Assembly (NCBI GenBank): GCA_044222185.1
Contig: JBGANV010000006.1
Span: 1 to 64,000, forward strand
From: Planctomycetota bacterium
GTDB lineage: Bacteria > Planctomycetota > GCA-002687715 > CAIWVZ01
DNA length: 64,000 nt
Direction: 5' to 3'
Numbering within the stretch: the first letter of the stretch is position 1; the number at the start of each line of letters is the position of its first letter. The notes beneath the pieces were generated by a model, which had not been told where the DNA came from, ran no database searches, and was given only the letters and a program-made list of their open reading frames with translations. The position numbers and the translations under genes are program-made. Shown here in pieces: positions 1 to 8,088 of the stretch.

Positions 1-278
1 CCTCGCTCGCGGTCGTCTGATAGAACTACGCGGCCAGTCCTACCGGACTCGGCACATCGTCAAGTCTCCGAGCATCGAGCCCGCCTCTCACACCGCCAAA
101 ATATCCGGAAAACGACCGCCAGAATTTCCGGAACCCACAACGGATCACGAACGTGGCGCGGCCGCGATGTGAACGCTCAAATGCGAACGTCGCGCGCCGC
201 ACTGCGTCGTTGAACGAGTCCCAGCTCACGAGCGCCCCGCCGCATGGCGACGGGACGCTCGAAGCGAAGAGCTCTCGT

Positions 279-1421
279 TCACGACGTGTCGCCGCCGGCG
301 ATCAGGCTGCGGATCTGCTCGGAGATTCCGCCCGAGCCGAAGACGAACGTCGTCTTCGCCCCGGCGAGCACTTCACGGAGCGACTCCATCTCCTTCAGCT
401 TGAGGAGGACGGGGTTCTCGGCGAGCAACCGGGCCGTATTGGCCTGGCTACGTGCCGCAGCCGTCTCCTCACGCCGACGAATGAGGTTCGCTTCCGCTTC
501 CTTCTCGGCCTGGATCACCTGGTTCAGGATCGCCTTCATCTCACCGGGCAGGATCACGTCCTTCAATCCGCACGTTCGGACGGAGAGTCCGATCTCGGTC
601 GCGCGCGCGGCGATCACCGAGGTGACCTCCGTCGCGATCGCTTCCTTGTCGGCGAGCAGTCCGTCGAGCGTGCGGACGCCGACCGCGGCACGCAGCGCGA
701 GCTGCGCTTCGCGATAGACGGCCTGCGAGAAGTCCGGCGTCGCCGTCGCGGCCTTCACCGGGTCGGTCACCCGATAGGCGACCGACAGGTTCAGCCTCAA
801 CGACACGCGGTCCTTCGTCAGGATCTCCTGTCCCGAGATCTCCGCCGCGATCTCACGTTGGTCGATGCTCGAGACGAGCAGCTTGCCCGCCGACTTCCAC
901 CAGACGTGACGACCCGGCGCCAGTGTCTCCACGAGTTTGCCGTTTCGGAACACGAGTCCCGTCGACGACTCGGGAATCACCGCGACCTCGAGGAACGTCG
1001 CCGCGTCGGGCTGCGAGAGGATCGCGTCCAACTCGGGCGACGTGAACCGCTCGTCCGTGACGTCGAACACGTCGACCTCGATCGTGAACGGCGAGCGCCA
1101 GTAGGCATACCGTCCGGCCGTGAGGAGCGCGTACACGCGTCCATCACGCCGGACGACGGCCCGCTTGGCGTCCGTCAGGTCGACGACCACGAGTTCGGCG
1201 CGAAGCGCCGCATCGTCGAGCAGCGCGTCGAGGTTCTCGTGACACAGACGCGTGTCGAGCGTGCTGACGACGTCGACGCGCGTGCGGCTCGGCGACCAGA
1301 GCCGTTCCCAGATACGGTGCGTGCCCGGCCCGAGGGTCCGGACGAAGCTGCCGTCCCGGAAAAGGAATCCGCGTTGGAACTTGCTGATGCGATAGGTGAT
1401 GGCCATGGAAACACTCCTCAC
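279..1421 (-). CDS. SPFH/band-7 (stomatin/prohibitin/flotillin-like) domain protein
   Basis: 380-aa ORF with two SPFH-like halves (…VFRNGKLVETLAPGRHVWW…; …GLKDVILPGEMKAILNQVIQAEKEAEANLIRRREE… coiled C-tail). The overlapping + strand ORF 153..1532 is Arg-rich antisense junk. Confidence 0.75.
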   Translation of the reverse strand: MRSVSMAITYRISKFQRGFLFRDGSFVRTLGPGTHRIWERLWSPSRTRVDVVSTLDTRLCHENLDALLDDAALRAELVVVDLTDAKRAVVRRDGRVYALLTAGRYAYWRSPFTIEVDVFDVTDERFTSPELDAILSQPDAATFLEVAVIPESSTGLVFRNGKLVETLAPGRHVWWKSAGKLLVSSIDQREIAAEISGQEILTKDRVSLRLNLSVAYRVTDPVKAATATPDFSQAVYREAQLALRAAVGVRTLDGLLADKEAIATEVTSVIAARATEIGLSVRTCGLKDVILPGEMKAILNQVIQAEKEAEANLIRRREETAAARSQANTARLLAENPVLLKLKEMESLREVLAGAKTTFVFGSGGISEQIRSLIAGGDTS

Positions 1422-1744
1422 GGATCAGGCCGACGCACCGACGCGGCGGCCGAAGGTGAATTCGAAAAGTGGGACCCGCCGGCCGGGCGATGGAGCGCCG
1501 ACGCGCCGCGAGGCGGCATCGAGCGTGCGTGACGGCCGGAGGCCGCGCGTGACGTCGCGCACGCGCACTCACGGGAATGCGGCGTGGCGACGCGCGCGCG
1601 GCGCGACCTCACGGACGGCTCGACGGCGAGCTTCGCGGCGTAGGGCCGGCGCGCACCTCGCGCGATCGCGAGTTGCGCGTCGACCGACGCACGATCGACC
1701 GACCGGCGGATCACCGGTCAAGTTCCACAGACTTGTGCTCCTAT

Positions 1745-1862
1745 CCGGGAGCGTCGGGGGGAGTCGAACCCCGGCCTTGCGGCCTTGCCATTTGTGGCAG
1801 GAATTGAACCTGCAACCGCGCCCGTCAGGGCGTGCTCTACCCTTGAGCTACACGTCTTCGTC
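1745..1862 (-). tRNA. tRNA-like locus: degenerate tRNA (canonical D-arm, TpsiC-arm) followed by GNRA hairpin and a second TpsiC-arm/3' fragment; anticodon not resolvable
   Basis: On the minus strand, in order: GTAGCTCAAGGGTAGAGCA (D-arm); CGCCC-TGAC-GGGCG (hairpin with only a 4-nt loop, so no valid 7-nt anticodon loop); GCAGGTTCAATTCCTGC (T-arm); GGCCGCAAGGCC (GNRA hairpin); CGGGGTTCGACTCCCC (second T-arm) then CGACGCTCC. The acceptor stems do not pair, so this is not an intact canonical tRNA. Confidence 0.35.
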
Positions 1863-2361
1863 ATGTCGAGACCGTGAACGGAACGCGAGTCCGGGAAGTG
1901 GGTGCGCACGCGCCCACTCCGTCTCGTGCCGTCGGTCGACGAAGGTCCTCTCCGCGTTTCTCGTGCGACATCTCCGATGCCGCCGCCAAATGCAGCGGGC
2001 CTCGAAGGTGTCACCTCCGAGGCCCGCGGTTGTTCGTCTCGTGTCGACGATCAGCGTGGGGGAGGTGCGGTGGGACGATGCAAGCCGTGACCCATGGGGT
2101 TCACGACTCGGCGGTCGTTGTCCAGTCGCTTGGTGCACCACGTCATGATCGATCTCCTTTCGCCGAACGCGCACGATTGCGCACTGGCGAGGGCGGGGAA
2201 TTTACAGCGGGATTTCGACGTGTCAAGCGGCGCGGAAAAAATTCGTGCACGCCACCGTTCGCACGCACTCGAGCGTGCATCCCGGACGTCACGCGATCGT
2301 CGTGACGTTCCCGTGACGCGACCGGTCGCGGTCGATCCGTAGGATTCACACGGAGCCATTC

Positions 2362-3501
2362 ATGCGCGTTTTCACCATGATCGTGTTCGCATGCGTTGCG
2401 ATCGTCGCGCAGGACGTGACGTGGACGGCGACGGATTTCACCGAGGGGCCCCGACTCGTCTTTCGTCACCAGGTCGCCGTCGATGCCGAGACGATGAACG
2501 TCCACGAGATGATCGCGCCCGGCATCGACGCGGTCCCGCGGACGTTCGCGCGGACGCCGTTGGCGATGATTCCGCAACTTCGTCTGGACGCGCGTCACCT
2601 CGTGATGAGTGCGGACGCTCCGTTGGGCCGCATCTTCACCGTCGACCTCGCCACGGGCCAGACCGACCTCTTGATCGCAGGACGGGGCGTGCGGGCCCTG
2701 ACCGCGGGCGCGGGCTCCATCGTTTATCGCAACGGTCGCGAGCTGTTCGTCCAAGCGATGCCGCGCAAGACGGAGCGGCCCGCCGTGAGCCTCGGCGCCG
2801 CCATCGCGATTTCGCCGCCGAACTCGGCGGGGTTCGCCGCAATCCTGGGTGAAGTTCCGGCCCACGTCTGGTTCATCAGTCCGGACGGCGGGACGCGCAC
2901 GGACCTCGGCGCGCTCGACGGCGTCCGCGAAACGAGCTTCGGAGTGAGCGTGAAGCTGGCGCCGAATGGACGCCGCGTCGCCGTCGGTGCGCCCATCGAC
3001 CAGATCGGGTGGTGCCTCACCGTGTTCTCGCGCGATGGAGCCAAGCCTGCCCGCGTGCTCGAGAACGTCTCGATCGAAGTCTCGCCGCTCTCCAGTGAGC
3101 TGCCGTCGTTCGAATTCCGCTGGCTCGACGATGCCGTCATCCGATTCTCCGAGACCCGGGTCGAAGAACGTGGGATCCAGGTCGAGGATGGGGAGTTCCA
3201 GTGGGTGGACATCGACGTCGATCGGCGGCAGCGGCTCGCCGAACGTCCCTATGCGAAGCTCGGTCTGCGCCACCAGCCTCCGCCCGAATCGCGGCCCGCC
3301 CGGTCGTTGGCCGGCAGTCGCCCGACTCCGCCCGACCCCGCGGACGCCTCCGAAACGCTGATCGATGCCCGTGGGCGCTGGTCCGCCGTCGTCCATGGGC
3401 CGTTCGTCGAGCACCCGGGGATCGATCTCGTCGATCTCTCGACCCAGGTGAGCCGCCGTGTCTTCGACGGCGTCGCGCTCGACGTGAAGTGGCTGCCTTG
3501 A
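2362..3501 (+). CDS. secreted hypothetical protein (N-terminal signal peptide)
   Basis: 379-aa ORF. N-terminus MRVFTMIVFACVAIVAQD looks like a signal peptide and the rest has protein-like composition. The antisense ORF 2143..3669 is Arg/Pro-rich junk. The stop codon abuts the repeat array. Confidence 0.6.
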   Translation: MRVFTMIVFACVAIVAQDVTWTATDFTEGPRLVFRHQVAVDAETMNVHEMIAPGIDAVPRTFARTPLAMIPQLRLDARHLVMSADAPLGRIFTVDLATGQTDLLIAGRGVRALTAGAGSIVYRNGRELFVQAMPRKTERPAVSLGAAIAISPPNSAGFAAILGEVPAHVWFISPDGGTRTDLGALDGVRETSFGVSVKLAPNGRRVAVGAPIDQIGWCLTVFSRDGAKPARVLENVSIEVSPLSSELPSFEFRWLDDAVIRFSETRVEERGIQVEDGEFQWVDIDVDRRQRLAERPYAKLGLRHQPPPESRPARSLAGSRPTPPDPADASETLIDARGRWSAVVHGPFVEHPGIDLVDLSTQVSRRVFDGVALDVKWLP

Positions 3502-3537
3502 TCGCGGCGGATCGCCGCGCTCCACCTCGTCGCAACC

Positions 3538-4041
3538 GCGGGGAGCGCCAGGCTCCAGCCTGGCCGGACGGCGGGGCTCCAGCCCCGCCCTGCGCGTCGA
3601 ACCCGGATCCCTCATCGCCATGCGAGCGGAAGGTCTCCCGAACGACGTGCGGCGTTGTAGAGCAGCCAACTCGGCATTCCCGGCCGGGCCGAGCCCTGCG
3701 ATCCGGCCGCGTGAAACGCTGCGTTCCGACGATCGCGAAAGCGGGGAGCGCCAGGCTCCAGCCTGGCCGGACGGCGGGGCTCCAGCCCCGCCCCGCGCGT
3801 CGAACCCGGATCCCTCATCGGCATGCGAGCGGAAGGTCTCCCGAACGACGTGCGGCGTTGTGGAGGAGCCAACTCGGCATTCCTGGCCGGGCCGAGCCCT
3901 GCGATCCGGCCGCGTGAAACGCTGCGTTCCGACGATCGCGAAAGCGGGGAGCGCCAGGCTCCAGCCTGGCCGGACGGCGGGGCTCCAGCCCCGCCCCGCG
4001 CGTCGAACCCGGATCCCTCATCGGCATGCGAGCGGAAGGTC
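3538..4041. repeat. tandem array of family-A palindromic element, 203-bp unit x about 2.5 copies (unit starts 3538, 3741, 3944)
   Basis: Near-identical units. Each begins GCGGGGAGCGCCAGGCTCCAGCCTGGCCGGACGGCGGGGCTCCAGCCCCGCC, which forms two hairpins (CCAGGCT-CC-AGCCTGG and GGGGCT-CC-AGCCCC). The array ends in the palindrome GGAAGGTCcgtcgatcGACCTTCC. Confidence 0.85.
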
Positions 4042-4060
4042 CGTCGATCGACCTTCCGCG

Positions 4061-4300
4061 ATGCAGCGGTCGGCCGACGTCGTTGCGATGGTCGGGTTCG
4101 CTTCGTCCGCGACCACGCAGCCAGAAAGCGATCCCATCGACCTTGCGCTCGTGGCGGGGGCGATCGAATCGCGCATCGCATCCGACGGGCGTGTCGGCGG
4201 CCCCGTGTCGTGCGACGAGACGTTCGAGAGCGATCCGGAGTTGTGGTGCCTCCTCGCGCTGCGCCGCATCGCGCCGACGGGCGCCGAGCACGCGGCGAGA
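4061..4300 (+). pseudogene. 3' gene remnant paralogous to the C-terminal part of CDS 5683..6993
   Basis: The translation …VVAMVGFASSATTQPESDPIDLALVAGAIESRIASDGRVGGPVSCDETFESDPELWCLLALRRIAPTGAEHAARL aligns at about 50% identity with …VRAMVGLALSAATERVVDPADLAKLQASIESEITSDGRVTGPVFRGEMFSGEPEMWCLLALSRMEGRTSARTARL. There is no N-terminal part; it begins right after the repeat array. Confidence 0.5.
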
Positions 4301-4579
4301 CTGCCCCGCGGCCGCTCGACCCAACCTTGGAAGCTGCCCACGCGCGCGTGTTTGCCGCCAGGGCGCGCGATCGCGCGTTCGAGCCGCGGCGACCTGCCGG
4401 CTTGCGTCGCCTTGCCCACGCGCGCTCACCCCCGATGCCTGCATTCGAGCGAGAGGCGATCCTGAGGATTGCCGACTCGTTCGACCGCGGGCGAATCCGT
4501 CGTGTACAGTCGCGCGATCACGGTCCGGCGTGACCGGTCGAGCCGGTCATCGAGAACTCGTCGCCATCAGGAGTCCAGG

Positions 4580-5627
4580 CATGATGCGAGCGGCACAACT
4601 CATCTTGTTCGTCTCGATCGCGGTTTCAGCGCGCGTCGCCGCGCAATCACCGTGCATCTGGGATCTGGCCGCGGATTGGAGCACGACGGCCAATCCGTCG
4701 GGCCCGTGGTCTTATGAAGCGGGCGGCGTGCCGTTCGCCACGTTCCAACCGAATTGGGTCGCGTGCAGCAACTCGTTCACGCCGAACCAGGGCGGATGGG
4801 CGGCGGCCAACTGCAACTTCGGACACATCCCCGTGGCGTTCCGGCTCTCGAGCATCGCGAACTTCCCGCTCGACATCGGTCAGGGCGAGGTCGGCGTTCA
4901 TTCCTGGGACGGGTTCAACGGTCCCCCTGGCTACTCGCCCGTGTCGATCACGTGGACGAGTCCCATCGCTGGCGTGATCGACGTCGACGGCAGCGCGTGG
5001 CTTGCGCGAACCATCGGACGGAGCGTCGCGTTCCTGCTGACGGTCAACGGCTCGCCGGCGGCGTCCGCGTCGCTCGTGAGCGGCGGGCCGTTCACGCGCG
5101 CGACCCCGTACTCGTTCGCGTCGTCGGGCGTCAGCGTCGTCCCGGGGTCGCAGGTGCGCATGCAATTCGTGACGACGTCGGCGGCCGGAGACTTCGTCGG
5201 CATGCGACTCACGATCCGCACGCAGAGCTGCACGATCGTTCCGACGACGACCTTCATCCCGCTCGCGACGGGAGGCGCGCAGACGCTGCTGTTGAATCCG
5301 GGGCCTTCGTTCGGAGGATCGACGTACCTCGTCGCGGGCACGCTCAGCGGCACGTCGCCCGGGATTCCGGTCGGCCCGTTCGTGGTTCCCCTGAACCCGG
5401 ACTCGTACTTCCTCTTCACCGTGGGCAACCCGAACACGCCACCGCTCGTGGGAAGCCTCGGAGTGCTGAGCCCGTCAGGGCAGGCCACCGCGCAGGTGGT
5501 GATCCCGCCGGGTACGCCGCCGGTGCTTGCCGGGCTGACGGCATTCCACGCCTATGCCGTGATCAATCCCGCGTCGTCGGCCGTGGTCTACGTCAGTGGA
5601 CCTGCGCCGCTGACGCTCGTTCCGTGA
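4580..5627 (+). CDS. secreted hypothetical protein
   Basis: ATG at 4580 is preceded by a GGAG-like site. Signal peptide MMRAAQLILFVSIAVSARVAAQ. The protein is rich in Gly/Ser/Thr/Pro, as is common in extracellular proteins. The ORF-track 5' extension from 4026 is repeat/non-coding sequence. Confidence 0.65.
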
Positions 5628-5682
5628 CGCCATGGGCAAGCCGGCGAGCAGCGCCAGCCTCCGTGATCCTCTCCTGTAAACT

Positions 5683-6993
5683 GTGCCCGTGATGAGAATC
5701 TGCCCCGGACTCTCCGTCGCGCTCGTCGCGCTCGTCGCGGGAAGTGCGACGTCGCGCGCGCAGTCGCCCGAGTCTCGCGGCGTCGACACGCGTCCGACGT
5801 CGAGACCGTCGGTACCGATGATCCTCCTGCGGCAGCAATCGGGGCTGATGGGAGGAGGTTCCTACTCGCTTCGTGTCTTCGACGACGGCCTCGTGAAGTA
5901 CAGCGGCGACGAACGCGCGCTCATCCGACGCGCCGAGGCGCGCCTCGACCGCGCAGACCTCGACCAGGTTCGTCGCCTCGCAAGCCAGGTCACCGATTCC
6001 TACACCAAGCTCGTCGGAACGTGCCCGGCCTGGCTCACGGTGGAAGCCACCGACGCGTCGGGCACGACGCGGACCATGCTCCACCCACGCGGCGGGGGAG
6101 AGGCGGGCCGGATCGCGAAGGAACTCCATGCCGTCGCGCGGACGGAGCGCTGGATGGCCGGAGACGGATATCTCGGCTGGCTCTCCGCGCACCAGGAGGA
6201 TGACGGGTCGTTCAGCTCGTCGGCGTTTCAAGAACGGTGTCGAGGCGGAGGCCGGCCATGTGCGGGTACCGGTCAGCCTGGTCAGGACGTCGCGGTCACG
6301 GCGCTCGCTGCCATCGCGTTCGTCTCTCATGGATCGGGATCGACGAATCCGAGGTTGCTGGCGGCGCAGCGATGGCTCGGTCGCCGCGTCTCCGGGATTC
6401 TGAAAACGGAGCCGCTCGACGTTCGGGCGATGGTCGGGCTCGCGCTGTCGGCGGCCACGGAGCGCGTGGTCGATCCCGCGGATCTCGCGAAGTTGCAGGC
6501 GTCCATCGAATCCGAGATCACGAGCGACGGCCGCGTGACCGGGCCGGTCTTTCGAGGCGAGATGTTCTCGGGTGAGCCCGAGATGTGGTGCCTGCTCGCA
6601 CTCTCCAGGATGGAAGGGCGCACGAGCGCGCGCACCGCACGACTCGAAGGACTCGGCCAACGGATCTGCGTCGGCATGCCGAAGGACGTCGAGCCGGAAC
6701 CCGCGGGGCACGACGAGATCCTGGCGGTCCTCCGGGGGCCGCGCCTCAGTCCGCCGGCGTATCTCTATCTCGCGAACCTGGCCACGTGGTCCGATCTGGG
6801 CTTCGTGCGCACGGCGAAGATCCGAAGCCAGCCCGCGGCCATGGTCGACGCTGCAGGCTGTGAGTGGGGCAGCTTCGAGCCGCGAGGGGACTGGGGCGCG
6901 CACTACGGCCGCGTCGGCACGACCGCGCTCGTCGTCATCGGCGCAGCCGTCGCGCAGTGGTCGACTCCGCTCGCCATGTTCCGCGTGCGGTAA
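5683..6993 (+). CDS. secreted hypothetical protein (paralog family with the 4061..4300 remnant; possible alpha-alpha toroid/PSO-like repeats)
   Basis: 436-aa ORF. Signal peptide MPVMRICPGLSVALVALVAGSATSRAQS. Motifs include …DGSFSSSAFQ…, …ITSDGRVTGPVF… and EMWCLLALSRM. Stop TAA at 6991-6993 directly abuts a family-A repeat. Confidence 0.65.
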   Translation: MPVMRICPGLSVALVALVAGSATSRAQSPESRGVDTRPTSRPSVPMILLRQQSGLMGGGSYSLRVFDDGLVKYSGDERALIRRAEARLDRADLDQVRRLASQVTDSYTKLVGTCPAWLTVEATDASGTTRTMLHPRGGGEAGRIAKELHAVARTERWMAGDGYLGWLSAHQEDDGSFSSSAFQERCRGGGRPCAGTGQPGQDVAVTALAAIAFVSHGSGSTNPRLLAAQRWLGRRVSGILKTEPLDVRAMVGLALSAATERVVDPADLAKLQASIESEITSDGRVTGPVFRGEMFSGEPEMWCLLALSRMEGRTSARTARLEGLGQRICVGMPKDVEPEPAGHDEILAVLRGPRLSPPAYLYLANLATWSDLGFVRTAKIRSQPAAMVDAAGCEWGSFEPRGDWGAHYGRVGTTALVVIGAAVAQWSTPLAMFRVR

Positions 6994-7185
6994 GCGGGAG
7001 CGCCAGGCTCCGCCTGGCTGGACGGCGGGGCTCCAGCCCCGCCACGTGCGTTGGAGCGCATTCCTCATCGGCATGCGAGCGGAGGGTCCGCCGATCGAGG
7101 TGCGGCGTTGGGGAGCGGCCACTCGGCATCTCCGGCAGGGCAGAGCCTTGCCGTCCGGCCGCGTGAAACGCGGTGCTTCGCGTCG
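6994..7185. repeat. single copy of family-A palindromic element between convergent genes
   Basis: GCGGGAGCGCCAGGCTCCGCCTGGCTGGACGGCGGGGCTCCAGCCCCGCC… followed by the same CATCGGCATGCGAGCGGA…GCGTGAAACGC tail seen in the 3538-4041 array. Confidence 0.75.
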
Positions 7186-7189
7186 GCGA

Positions 7190-8056
7190 TCATCCCTTCG
7201 CGCGGATGAACAGCAGGCAGTTGCCGTCGGCGCGCGACGCCGAGGACTGCACGCTCGCCATGAGCAGCTTGCCGTCGTCCGCGGAGACGGTGAACTCGAG
7301 CGTGTTCACGAGACGCGCAGGAGGGATCAGCGAAGGGTTGGTCGGCTGACTCTCCGTCGCCGACGCGAAGCGCTCGATGCGGCACGAGATGCCGAGGCGT
7401 CGCGTCGTCCCCTTGGCGTTGTCGGGAGAGACGCCGAAATCCATCACGGCTTCCTGGAAGCCGCCGAAGGTCTGAGCCCCAGACCGGTCCGTCTGCGTCA
7501 TGGGAATCTGCACCGCTTGCCGGACCTTCCACGGCTTGCCGTCATCCGCGGTGAGCGAGAGCTTCACGATCTCCGTGACGCTGCCCTTGCCGGCCGCATC
7601 GCGAACCTTCGCGAGCACGGCGTCAGCCTCGGTGGGATCGATCACTCCCGTCGACGTGCGTGGGAGTTGAAGTGATCCCTCCGCGCCGGGCGCGAGCATG
7701 AACAGGACGACTTCGTACGCCACGGGCTTGCGCGTCGCTGCGACCTTGCCGTGCGTGGCGGCGACGTCGAGCAGCGCGACGGCCCGCTGCACCGTCGCGA
7801 TCGCCGCGTCATCGCCAGCGACGATGATCGAGTTCGTGCGCGGATCCGCCAGGAGCGTCACGGATCGCCGGTCCTTCTCCCCGAGGAGCTGATGCACCGC
7901 CGGAACCATTTCGTCCGCGACCGCGTACTCGAGCCGCAGCACTTCCGTCTTGCGCGCCCGTGGCTTCTCCACGACAGGTGTCTCGTCCTGCGCAGCCATC
8001 GGTGGAACAGCCGCGAGGAGCATCAGCAAAACCAACGATGTTCGGAATGAGGTCAT
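7190..8056 (-). CDS. periplasmic protein with secretin-N (GspD N1-like) domain; no secretin C-domain
   Basis: Signal peptide MTSFRTSLVLLMLLAAVPPMAAQ. Segment VLRLEYAVADEMVPAVHQLLGEKDRRSVTLLADPRTNSIIVAGDDAAIATVQRAVALLD matches the secretin_N pattern (xLxY…DxRTNSLIV…LD). Confidence 0.55.
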   Translation of the reverse strand: MTSFRTSLVLLMLLAAVPPMAAQDETPVVEKPRARKTEVLRLEYAVADEMVPAVHQLLGEKDRRSVTLLADPRTNSIIVAGDDAAIATVQRAVALLDVAATHGKVAATRKPVAYEVVLFMLAPGAEGSLQLPRTSTGVIDPTEADAVLAKVRDAAGKGSVTEIVKLSLTADDGKPWKVRQAVQIPMTQTDRSGAQTFGGFQEAVMDFGVSPDNAKGTTRRLGISCRIERFASATESQPTNPSLIPPARLVNTLEFTVSADDGKLLMASVQSSASRADGNCLLFIRAKG

Positions 8057-8088
8057 GATCGTTTCTCCTGTCGGCGCGCTCGCCGAGG

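Noticed and set aside
153-1532. 459-aa + strand ORF overlapping the SPFH gene
   Set aside because: Arg/Asp/Glu-rich with no motifs. It is the antisense frame of a clearly protein-like minus-strand gene in a 70% GC genome.
1745-2300. tmRNA (ssrA) spanning the tRNA-like 3' end
   Set aside because: No matching 5' acceptor strand (GGAGCGTCG-like) or resume-codon/tag reading frame was found within 400 nt upstream on the minus strand.
2143-3669. 508-aa minus-strand ORF; also similar long antisense ORFs at 5593..7122, 8299..10428, 10796..12541, 15314..17047, 20707..22818, 23622..26240, 28810..30582, 32615..36616, 36705..38627, 38703..40391, 41173..43374, 43323..44909, 50014..51801, 52678..54390
   Set aside because: All are Arg/Pro/His-rich, low-complexity translations opposite genes that have strong domain signatures. 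These are typical high-GC stop-codon-poor artefacts.
3538-4041. CRISPR array
   Set aside because: The units are 203 bp, nearly identical and directly abutting with no unique spacers. No cas genes are present. This is a tandem palindromic-element array, not CRISPR.
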